64,000 nt of DNA from Rebecca billardiae RCC1528 (lineage: Eukaryota > Protista > Haptophyta), in NCBI GenBank assembly GCA_965240325.2, contig OZ251244.1, positions 930,001 to 994,000 of the forward strand, given 5' to 3'. Position numbers and translations under genes: made by a program. The notes below the pieces were generated by a model, which was not told the DNA's origin, ran no database searches, and saw only the letters and a program-made list of their open reading frames with translations. This document shows positions 54,870 through 64,000 of the stretch, in pieces (position 1 is the stretch's first letter; each line of letters starts with the position of its first letter).

Positions 54870-57800
54870 ATGGAGGAGGAGGCCGTGAGCTTCGAGGAGC
54901 TGGTGGGGAAGCAGTTCCTCGATTTCCTCACCCAGTGCGTGTCCCGCGCGCCGCGCCGAGCCCGCGCGCCGCGCACGGCCGCGCTCGCACGGGCCGCGCG
55001 GCCGCGCGCGCGCGGCGCGCATGCGGCAGGCCGCGCGCCTCGCGCGCGCGCGCGCGCGCGCGGGGGGGTGTGAGGATGGGGGACGCTCGCGCGCGCGGGG
55101 TGGCGGGGGCTGCGCGGGGCGCACATGCTCGTCCCGCCCGCCGGGCGCGCCGCCATGCTCACGCCGCGCTCGCTCGCTCGCTCGGCCGCGCGCGCGCGCA
55201 GCTTCTCGTCCGACGGCGGGCAGTCGGCGGAGGGCTCGTCGCAGAACCAGCCGCCGCTGCGCGACTACGTGAGCCAGTGCGAGTCGATGCGCGACAACGA
55301 CCGCACCACGCTGTACGTCGACATGGCGCACGTCTCCGAGCACGACGCGGCGCTGGCCGACGCGATCGAAGACCACCACCTGCGCCTCGAGCCCGCGCTG
55401 CGCAAGGCGCTCGGCCGCTTCGTGGGCGCGAACTTCCCCGAGTACGCGACGGCGGAGAAGGAGTTCACGCCGGCGTTCTTCGGCATGCCCTTCACCAAGA
55501 AGATCCGCGACCTCAAGATGGAGCGCGTGGGCAAGCTCTCGTGCATCTCCGGCACGGTCACGCGCACGACCGAGGTCCGGCCCGAGCTGGTCGAGGGCGT
55601 GTTCACGTGCGGCGAGTGCGGCACGCGCTCGGGATCGGTGCGGCAGCAGCTCAAGTACACGGAGCCGCTGCGCTGCGCGAACGCGCTGTGCAAGAACGCC
55701 TCCAAGTGGGCCCTCGACACCAAGCGCTCCAAGTTCGCCGACTGGCAGCGCGTGCGCGTGCAGGAGAACACCGCCGAGATCCCGGCCGGCTGCATGCCGC
55801 GCACGCTCGACGTGATCGTGCGCGACGAGGGGGTGGAGCGGGCGAAGGCGGGCGACAAGGCGATCTTCGTGGGCACGCTCGTCGTCGCGCCCGAGGGCGA
55901 CGCCGGCGGCGCCGGCGCCGGCGGCGCCGGCGGCCTCGGCGACCGCGTCGAGGCGTCGTCGCGCACCGAGGGCCGCGCGCCGTCGGACGGCGTGCGCGGC
56001 GTGAAGGCGTTGGGCGCGCGCGAGCTCAAGTACCGCGTCGCGTTCCTCGCGTCGACGGTGTCGCCGTCGGACGCGCGCTTCGGCTTCGTGAACATCCGCG
56101 AGGAGGCCGACGACCCCGCCGCGGTGCACGAGTCCTTCTCCCCCGCCGAGAAGGACGAGATCGACGAGATGCGCACCAACCGCGACATCTACAACCTGCT
56201 CGCGCGCTCGATCGCGCCGACCGTGTTTGGGCACGAGGAGGTGAAGCGCGGCATCTTGCTGCTGCTGCTCGGCGGCGTGCACAAGTGGAACCCGGAGGAC
56301 GGCACGCGGCTGCGCGGCGACATCAACGCGTGCCTCGTCGGCGACCCCTCCACCGCCAAGTCGCAGTTCCTCAAGTACGTCTGCGCCATCCTGCCGCGCG
56401 CCGTGTACGCGTCGGGCAAGGCGTCGACCGCGGCGGGCCTGACGGCGTCCGTGTGCAAGGACGAGGAGACGGGCGAGCACTCGATCGAGGCGGGCGCGCT
56501 GATGCTCGCGGACAACGGGATCTGCTGCATCGACGAGTTCGACAAGATGGAGACGCGCGACCAGGTCGCCATCCACGAGGCGATGGAGCAGCAGACCATC
56601 TCGATCGCGAAGGGCGGGATCCGCGCCACCCTCAACGCGCGCGCCTCCATCCTCGCGGCAGCCAACCCGAGCGGCGGCCGCTACGACCGCTCCAAGTCGC
56701 TCGCGAAGAACGTGGACCTGTCCGCGCCGATCATGTCGCGCTTCGACCTGTTCTTCGTCATCCTCGACGAGTGCGACGAGGTCGCCGACTTCAACATCGC
56801 GCGGCACATCGTGCAGATGCACCAGCACCAAGACCTCGCGCGCACCGCCTCGCGCCCCGAGTTCACGACCGCGCAGCTGCAACGCTACGTCAAGTACGCG
56901 CGCGCGCTCCGCCCGACGATGAGCGCGGAGGCGCGCGCGCTGCTCGTGCGCTTCTACAACGCGCTGCGCGCCGAGTCGCACGCCTCGGGCTCCACGATGG
57001 CGCAGCGCATCACCGTGCGCCAGCTCGAGGCGATGATCCGGTGCGGGCGCGCGCCGGCGGCGCGGCGCGGCGCGGCGCGGCGCGGCGTTGGCGTTGGCAT
57101 TGGCGCGGCGCGCGGCTGCGCGCACGCCTGCAGGCTGCGCGCCGCGCGCTCGCACCTCCGCGCGTGCACGCTCACGCGCTACCCCCCCTCCCCAACCGCC
57201 CCCCCGCGCGCAGCCTCTCCGAGGCGCACGCGCGCGTGCACCTCGAGCCCGTCATCCGGCCCAAGCACGTGCGCGAGGCGTACCGCCTGCTGCGCAAGTC
57301 CGTGGTGCATGTGCAGCATGCGGACGTGGCGTTCGAAGAGGACGGCGAGGCGGAGGACGCGCTGCTGGACGAGGCGCTCGCGGGGGCGGGCGTCGACCTC
57401 GACGACGAGAACGCCGACCCCGCCGACAACGCCGCGCGCCACGCCCCGCCCGCCGCCGCCGCCGCGGCCGCGGCCGCCGCGGCCGCGGCCGCGGCCGCGG
57501 GCGCGCCGCCCGCCAAGCCGGCCAAGCGTGTGACGACGATGACGTTCGAAGACTTCGAGCGGATCAAGTCGCTGATGGTGCGCCGGCTGAAGCGGGCGGA
57601 GGCGGAGGCGGCCGGCGCGGCCGGCGCGGGGCGCACCGCCCTCGTCGACGCCGACGACGACGAAGACCTGCCCGAGGCCACCGCCGCCGCAGCCGACCAG
57701 CCCGGCACCGCCGCCGCCGCCGCCGGCCGCTCAGCGGGCTGTCTGCGCCGCCGCGAGCTCGTCGAGTGGTACCTCGAGCAGCTCGAGCTGAGCGACGTGG

Positions 57801-58145
57801 GCGAGCTCGCGCGGGTGCGTGGCGCGCGCGCGCGCGGCCGCGGCCGCGCGCTCCTCGCGCACGCCGCGTGCCCCTCACCGCCCCCCGCCCCCGCCCCCGC
57901 CCCCGCCCCCGCCCCCGCCCCCGCCCCCGCCCCCGCCCCCGCCCCCGCCCCCGCCCCCGCCCCCGCCTCGCCCGCCCGCCGCCGGCTGCTCTGCGCAGCA
58001 CCGCAAGCTGGCCGACCTGGTGGTGGGCAAGCTCATCTCGACCGAGCGCGTGATCCAGGAGCTCCCCGCCGCGCAGGGCGACGGGCCGCTGCCCGCGGAG
58101 CGCGCGGAGCGCTTCCTGATGCTCCACCCGGGCGTCGAGGTGTAA
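54870..58145 (+). CDS. MCM6: DNA replication licensing factor MCM6. Exons 54870-54934, 55202-57040, 57214-57814, 57999-58145
   Basis: C4 zinc finger, Walker A GDPSTAKSQ, Walker B IDEFDKM, arginine finger SAPIMSRFDLFF, and RITVRQLEAMIRLSEA. Confidence 0.93.
57881..57967. repeat. (GCCCCC)n hexamer repeat, about 14 units, in MCM6 intron 3
   Basis: Direct reading of the sequence. Confidence 0.95.
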
Positions 58146-59324
58146 CCTGCGCAGCGCCTGCCGCCTGCGCAGCCGCTGCCGCCTGCGCAGCAGCGTCCGC
58201 CTGCGCGCGCAGTGTGAGCTGCGGAGGCGTCACCTCGGGTGGTACCTGCCGCTGCACGCGGGATGTCACACCGCGCGCGTGGCAACAGCCAGTGGTGCAC
58301 GCACGCGCGCGTGTGGCACATTTCTTATTAGGGGCCCTCCGCCTCGTTGCTCGCTAGCGGCGCTGCATGCTGTGCCGCGCGAGCGGCCCGGGGCCTCTCA
58401 GCTCCGTCCCTCAGCGCCCTCTCGGCGCCCTCTCGTCACAACCTCGATTCAAGCTGCCGAGCGGCGTCGGGCGTGCAACTGCACAGTGCAGCGCGGTGCA
58501 CGCCGTGCACGGCCCGGACCAGACCGTCACGACACTGGGCGCCAGGCAGCGCCGCGGCCGTGCCAGGCTGAGTGCCAGGCGCCAGCGGCGGCTGAGCCGC
58601 TTCGGCCGTAGTGGCCCGGGCACGTGTTTATTCGTGCGTAGCGGTGTAGGTGCATGATATATAATAGGGAAAAGTTCAGAACCCCGCCGATTCGCGGCGG
58701 CTTGTGCAGAATCCCGCCAAATCGGCCAGAACCTCGCGAGGGGCTTTTCCGGACGCGATGTACCCCAGAAGTCCGATTGTCGAACATTCGGGCAAGCCAC
58801 GCGCACGAAGATACCGAACCCCGCGATTGCGCCGAAACGGCGCAATCGCGTCTTTTGACGTCGCCGATTACGCGCAGTACCCGCGAAATGAACCCCGCCG
58901 GCGAAACACTTAATCAAACACGGGGTTCGCGTCGTTTCGACGCCCTCGCGTGCTGTTTCGGCCGCGGGGCCCCTCGCGGCTCTTCGGAGCCCGCAAAAAA
59001 GCCCCGAAGAGCCCCCATCGCCCCACGCGCGCACCTCGCGCGAACGAGGTGCGCGCGCGCGCCCGACGCGCGCGCGCGCGCGCGCGTCGGGCTGCGGGCG
59101 GGGGGAGCGGGGGAGGCGCGCGATGCCGCCGCCTGCGCGCGCGCCGCCTCACGCGCGCGTGGCCTCCCGGCGCGCGCGCACGCGCTCTGTCCGCGTGCGC
59201 CTCCGTTGGTTTGCATAATGTGCACGCCCGCCTCCTGGCGAACTCGCGCGCGACGGCCGTGTGGCGCGCGCGCGCGCAGGCGGAGCTGGTTCGTGCGGCG
59301 TTACGCGCAAGCTACGTGCACAAC

Positions 59325-62300
59325 ATGCCGCCGCCGCAGTCGATGCGGCCGCAGTCCAAAGAGGACTACTTCGCAGTCAAGTCGAACGTGCTCGTGCAGC
59401 GTGCGTCTGCTGATGGTGAGGGCATTCCAGCCACTGTCTTGTCGTGCGAGATCAAAGCAGTCCCCACGCGCGACGGCAAGCATCGCGCTTCTTACACGTA
59501 CATCGTCGGGCCGCTACCCGACGTTGACGCGGAACAGTGGGCGCTCGCAGCTGGTACGATTCTATACCCCCAGATGGCAGCGAGTCAAAGGCGGGTGACG
59601 CCAGAGCAGCTCACGAAGCTGCCGCTCGCGACGGGCGTTGGCGCATCTGTGGCCACGCCCGGCGCGTCGCCGCAGCGGGCGGCGGCGCCGCAGCCCGGTT
59701 CGCAGGCGCCGTCACGCACGAGCGCACGACTTGCTAATGCAGGTGGCGGCGTCGCCGCTGGCGGCGGTGCTGGCAGTGGTGCAGCCCAGGGTGGCGGCGC
59801 AGGCGTGCGCAGCGGCCTGCGCGCAACGGAGACGTGCTGCGACGCCGCCGCCGCCACCACCGGTCGCGGCACCGGTGGTGCCGCCGGTGTCGCCACCGCC
59901 GGCTGCGGCGGTGGCGACACCGGCCGCTGCGACCCTGCCACCACTACATCCAAGGGGGGGAACCGTCGTGTCGGTGGCGGTGGCCGCCTCGCCGGCACCG
60001 CTGCTGCCGGCGCCGCCACCGTCACCGCCGCTGCCGCCACCGCCGCTGCCGCTGGCGGCAGCGGCGGTGACGGTGGCGGCGCCGGCAGCAGCGGTGTCGG
60101 CGGCGGTGGCCGCCCCGCCGGCAGCAGCGGTGTCGGCGGCGGTGGCCGCCCTGCCGGCACCGGTGGCCGCCCCGCCTGCAGCAGCGGTGCCAGCGGGGCG
60201 GCCACCGCGGCCGACACCGCTGCTGCCGCCGCCGCCGCCGCCACCGGCGCCGGCGCCGGCGCCGGCGCCGCCGCGAGCGGTGGCGCCACCGTCCCCGCAG
60301 TCCCCCCCGCCGCCAGCGATGGGGCAGGCGGCGGCGGCGGCAGCGGCGGTGGGATCGGCGGCGGCGGCGGCGGCAGCGGCGGCGGCGGCAGCGGCGGTGT
60401 TCCTGGCGGCGGCGGCGGCGGCAGCAGCGCCGCTGACGCCGCCGCCGCCGCTGACGCCGCCGGCGATGCCGGCGGCGTCACTACGGAGGAGATGATGGCG
60501 CGCGTGAGCCAGCACCTCACGCCGCCGCGCGCCGCCGCCGGTTCTACCTCTGTCTTGCGCGGTGCCGCGAAGCGGCAGTCGGTGCCGGCGCCGTCGCCAC
60601 TCCCGTCGCCACTCGCCGTCTTCGTCACTCCGACCGCTTTGCACGCGTTCGACACGCGCGGATCCTCGGCGTTCACGCAGCAGCCTGCTGTCGCGCGTCT
60701 GAAGCCGTCGCTCATGATCTTCATGGACAAGCACAGCGCGCAGCTGGGCGACGGGGCGCGGACAATAACGTCCCAAAACGCGGTCGGCCTGACTTCACGC
60801 ACGGCGGTGGTCCGCCGTTACCACGCCGTGCTCACGTCGGTGGAGAGCGTGCGCGAACTCACCGAAGCCGGCGCCCTCCTGCCGGCCGCCGCCGTCGCGG
60901 CTGCGGTGCGCGCATCTTTCAGCGCCTGCTCCCCGCCGACACCACCGGCGCCGGGAGGCGCAGGTGCCGCGGACGCGGCCGCTGCCCTGCGCGCTGCGCG
61001 CGCTCACTTCGTGGAGTGCGCTGAGGAGGCTGAGGGGCGCCAGCTGTTGCCCTTGCCGTACGCCCCCGGCCCGCACCTGGCCGTCACTGCGCCCCTGCCC
61101 GGCGCAGAGCGCCCGTCGGTCGTGCCGCGCGCGCAGCGCACATCGGCTGGGGGCAAGCCGCTGGCGCTCTTGTGGACCGCAGCTGAGCACGCGGCGCTGG
61201 GCATCCCCGCCGACCTCGCCAACGTCCCGCGTGTGTGGCCCGCGCTGGTGCCCAAACCGGCGGCGTGCGGCGCGGCGCCGACGCCCTCGTCGGAACCCGC
61301 CGCGGCGTCGCCTCCGCTGCTGCTGCACGCCGTGGTGGCAGTGCGCGCTCGCCCGCGCGCTCGCCCGGCGCCGCATGCCGGCGGCGATGGCGCCGACGCC
61401 AGCGATGGCGCAGCGGCGCGCCCGTCCGCGGAGGCGACGCTGCAGATGGCGTACGCCGTCCGGGACACGGACGGGTGGCGCGTGCTGCAGCAAGCCGAAC
61501 TCGTCGCCTCCTTGACGGCCGAGGTGACGCACTACGCGGACGCCGACTTCGGCACTGCCGTGAGCAGAGGCGACATCGTCGCCGTGCAGCTGGCGTCCAT
61601 GGCGCCGCCACCGCCGGATGAGCCCGCGTGCGCACGCGCGGCTGCGGGCGGCGCCGGCGGCGGCCCAGCCAGCCGCACTAGCGGCGCGCCGGTGCTCGAC
61701 GCTGAGGACGAGGTGGCCAAAATCCCGTCGGGGATGCTCGCGGCGCCCGACATTCTGCTCACGGCGCAGGGCTGGACGGCCCTCACCGGCGTCGCCGCTC
61801 CCACTACGTGGACGGACGCGGGCGCACCCAAGTCGCACCTGCAGCACGCTGCGTACATCGCAGAGGGCGTGCTGACGTTCCTGGGGAGTCTCCGCGCGCA
61901 CGCGCCCGATGCGCTGCCGCAGCTGTACCGCACGCCCGCCTCTGGCGACCTGCTGGATGTGCTGCGTGTGGTGTGTCTCGCCGGGAGGCCGCCCGAGTGC
62001 GCGCTCGAGGGCACGCCGATCGAACCCTGGCTCGATCTCGCTGAGCGCATGGGCACGTCCTTCGACTTCTCGCGCTTCGCCGGAAGCGACTCAGGCGACA
62101 CCCTCGCGGCACTCGCGTGCCACGCGGAGGCTCTGAAACGCCGTGGGGCCGGGGCGACGTGCCTGGCAGCGGCGATCGCGTGCGCCACGGTGCTGACGCA
62201 GCGCGTCTCCCTCCCTCACTTGCGCTACGACGCGCTGGCAGACGTCTACCAAACCTTGCGCGGGGACGAGTACTCGTTCCTCACCAAGGTCCGCGTCGCG

Positions 62301-63401
62301 CGCGCGCGCTTCGTGCTCCCGCCCCCCCACGGCGCCGACGGCGCGCGCGCCGACGCGACGTCGGGGGGCACCGCCAAGCAGCAGCAGAAGCAGTCCGCTG
62401 CGCCGTCAGCCGACGCGCGCATCCCGTACTTCGAGATCCAGGCAGTGTCCGAGGACTGCATCGCCCTGTACAACCAGGTGGAGGGGGCTGATGCGGGGTC
62501 GCAGTGGGCGCCCAACCCGGCGGACTTGCTCTCCTTCATGTTCGTGCCCGGAAACACGCACTCGTGGAGGTATGAGGAGATGAGAAACCGCAAGTCACAG
62601 AAGCGCACGCGCGGCGTGCCGAAGCCCGCGGGCAACTTCTGCACGCTCTTCTTCACAGTGTGCACGTACCCGCCCATGCAGGGAGCTGGCGCGCCGCCCC
62701 CCACGGAGCGTGGCCTGAGGGACGAGACTGCCTCCATCACCGACTTCCGCGGGCTGTGCTTCACCATCATGCAGGACGAGAAGCCGAGGGGCAATGACGT
62801 GCTGTGGACGCACCCGGCTGCCCCCGTGCCGTCCCGCGCTGCGGGCGGCGCCGAGGCGCCGAACGGCGCCGACGCGCCCAAGATGTACGCGGGGCGCCTG
62901 GACGTGCCGTGGCACCCCCCCGCGCCCGCGGACGCGCCCGCGGCTGCCGCCGCCACCGGAGCGCGCAAGCGGCGCGCTTCCACGCAACGGGCTGCCGCGC
63001 CCCCGGATGCCGCGACCACCCGCCCGCCCACCACGCGCGCGCCCGCCCGGGGCGCCGCGCCGGCCGGGGGGAAAGTCGCCAGACGTGGCGCTGCCCAGCC
63101 GCGCGCCTCGCAAGCCGACGTGCCCACCATCAACCTCGACGAGCACGGGCGCGGCGACGACGAGGTCGTCGAGGCTGTCGCGGCGCGCCTGTCGCGGATG
63201 ATCGAACCCGTCGCGGCGCGCCTCGACGGCATCGAAGAGCGCACCGCCGGCATCGAAGAGCGCACCGCAGCGGGCCAGCGCGAATTGGCCGCCATGCGCG
63301 CGCGGCAAGACGATCTCACACGCATGCTGGCACAGACCGGCACTGTCCTTGAGCGCTTGGTGGCAAGGACCGAGCCGCGCGAGGGCGCGAGCCGGCGCTG
63401 A
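59325..63401 (+). CDS. Large intronless hypothetical protein (~1358 aa) with Gly/Ala-rich linker and C-terminal coiled coil
   Basis: 4-kb open frame with globular-looking segments (EDYFAVKSNVLVQ...YTYIVG; IPYFEIQ...LLSFMFVPG...FCTLFFTVC). No family recognised. Confidence 0.65.
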   Translation: MPPPQSMRPQSKEDYFAVKSNVLVQRASADGEGIPATVLSCEIKAVPTRDGKHRASYTYIVGPLPDVDAEQWALAAGTILYPQMAASQRRVTPEQLTKLPLATGVGASVATPGASPQRAAAPQPGSQAPSRTSARLANAGGGVAAGGGAGSGAAQGGGAGVRSGLRATETCCDAAAATTGRGTGGAAGVATAGCGGGDTGRCDPATTTSKGGNRRVGGGGRLAGTAAAGAATVTAAAATAAAAGGSGGDGGGAGSSGVGGGGRPAGSSGVGGGGRPAGTGGRPACSSGASGAATAADTAAAAAAAATGAGAGAGAAASGGATVPAVPPAASDGAGGGGGSGGGIGGGGGGSGGGGSGGVPGGGGGGSSAADAAAAADAAGDAGGVTTEEMMARVSQHLTPPRAAAGSTSVLRGAAKRQSVPAPSPLPSPLAVFVTPTALHAFDTRGSSAFTQQPAVARLKPSLMIFMDKHSAQLGDGARTITSQNAVGLTSRTAVVRRYHAVLTSVESVRELTEAGALLPAAAVAAAVRASFSACSPPTPPAPGGAGAADAAAALRAARAHFVECAEEAEGRQLLPLPYAPGPHLAVTAPLPGAERPSVVPRAQRTSAGGKPLALLWTAAEHAALGIPADLANVPRVWPALVPKPAACGAAPTPSSEPAAASPPLLLHAVVAVRARPRARPAPHAGGDGADASDGAAARPSAEATLQMAYAVRDTDGWRVLQQAELVASLTAEVTHYADADFGTAVSRGDIVAVQLASMAPPPPDEPACARAAAGGAGGGPASRTSGAPVLDAEDEVAKIPSGMLAAPDILLTAQGWTALTGVAAPTTWTDAGAPKSHLQHAAYIAEGVLTFLGSLRAHAPDALPQLYRTPASGDLLDVLRVVCLAGRPPECALEGTPIEPWLDLAERMGTSFDFSRFAGSDSGDTLAALACHAEALKRRGAGATCLAAAIACATVLTQRVSLPHLRYDALADVYQTLRGDEYSFLTKVRVARARFVLPPPHGADGARADATSGGTAKQQQKQSAAPSADARIPYFEIQAVSEDCIALYNQVEGADAGSQWAPNPADLLSFMFVPGNTHSWRYEEMRNRKSQKRTRGVPKPAGNFCTLFFTVCTYPPMQGAGAPPPTERGLRDETASITDFRGLCFTIMQDEKPRGNDVLWTHPAAPVPSRAAGGAEAPNGADAPKMYAGRLDVPWHPPAPADAPAAAAATGARKRRASTQRAAAPPDAATTRPPTTRAPARGAAPAGGKVARRGAAQPRASQADVPTINLDEHGRGDDEVVEAVAARLSRMIEPVAARLDGIEERTAGIEERTAAGQRELAAMRARQDDLTRMLAQTGTVLERLVARTEPREGASRR

Positions 63402-64000
63402 CCGTGCGAGCGACCGCTGGGCGGAGGCGGTGCGCCGAACGCACGTCGGCTGCGGTGCTGCCGAGGGCGCACACCGCCGCCAGCAGTGCGCCGCCGCCGT
63501 CGCTGCTCACGCGCTGGGCGCACGCGCCCGGGCCGGTGGGGCGGCGCGGCGGCGGCGTGCGCGCGCACCGCGCGCCCGGCCAGTGCGCGACACCGTGTCG
63601 CACTTACCCGTGCCCATCCATACTGGTGCGCGCCGCGCGACGGGCTTGCGCGTCTCCGGTGCGCGCGGCACCACGCCCGTGCACACCGCCTGACCCCCCG
63701 TTGCTCACCGGTGCCTGCGCGCCGACCCGGTGCACCGTCTGACTGCGCGCGCATGCGCATGCGCAGTGACCTTGCCCTTGCCGTATTCCGCCATGCAGTT
63801 GCACCCGCAGTCCTTGGCCGACGGTGCTCAATCGGCCGGCTTCGTCCGAGTGCGCGTCGTCCGCACAGACAGTGCTTCCCGCCGCGAGTTGGCGTGTCAC
63901 CTTCAGTGTCACCTGCCTAAGTAGGAGTACACAGCCGCTGGTGCCGCCGATGCGGAGCACCCTTATCACACAGCTCCCCGTGCCGTCTGAGCCTGAGGCA

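Overview
Very GC-rich eukaryotic genomic DNA with short GT(GCGC)...(GC)GCAG spliceosomal introns. Composition, intron style and gene content suggest a haptophyte such as Diacronema/Pavlova; this is an inference, not an identification. About 16 protein-coding genes are supported, most in compact head-to-head pairs: a CNBD/ankyrin/EF-hand cation channel with a second channel domain running off the left edge; a CAP59/GT69 glycosyltransferase; a Deg/HtrA protease; a beta-hydroxyacid dehydrogenase; a coiled-coil/C1q-like protein; LpxA; a GT-A glycosyltransferase; a sulfotransferase; a TspO-like membrane protein; an MLKL-like helical-bundle/pseudokinase/ARM protein; a UIM-RING E3 ligase; an FLZ zinc-finger protein; a giant PX-gelsolin-glutaredoxin-PH protein; centrin; a DGQHR/ParB-like protein; MCM6; plus a large orphan ORF. 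The interval 21.5-31.9 kb is a nested mobile-element complex. A foldback MITE has a decayed TA-flanked mariner-like element inserted in one arm. It is followed by a ~7.4-kb TIR-bounded, Mutator-like element that carries two unrelated tandem arrays (36 x ~110 bp with a 1129-bp higher-order repeat, and ~6.7 x 160 bp) and a low-GC tail. Top candidates for novelty: the satellite-carrying TIR element with box C/D-like repeat units, the MLKL-like pseudokinase-ARM gene paired with a RING E3, and the intron-containing DGQHR gene sharing a promoter region with MCM6. All family assignments come from motif recognition by eye; no searches were run.
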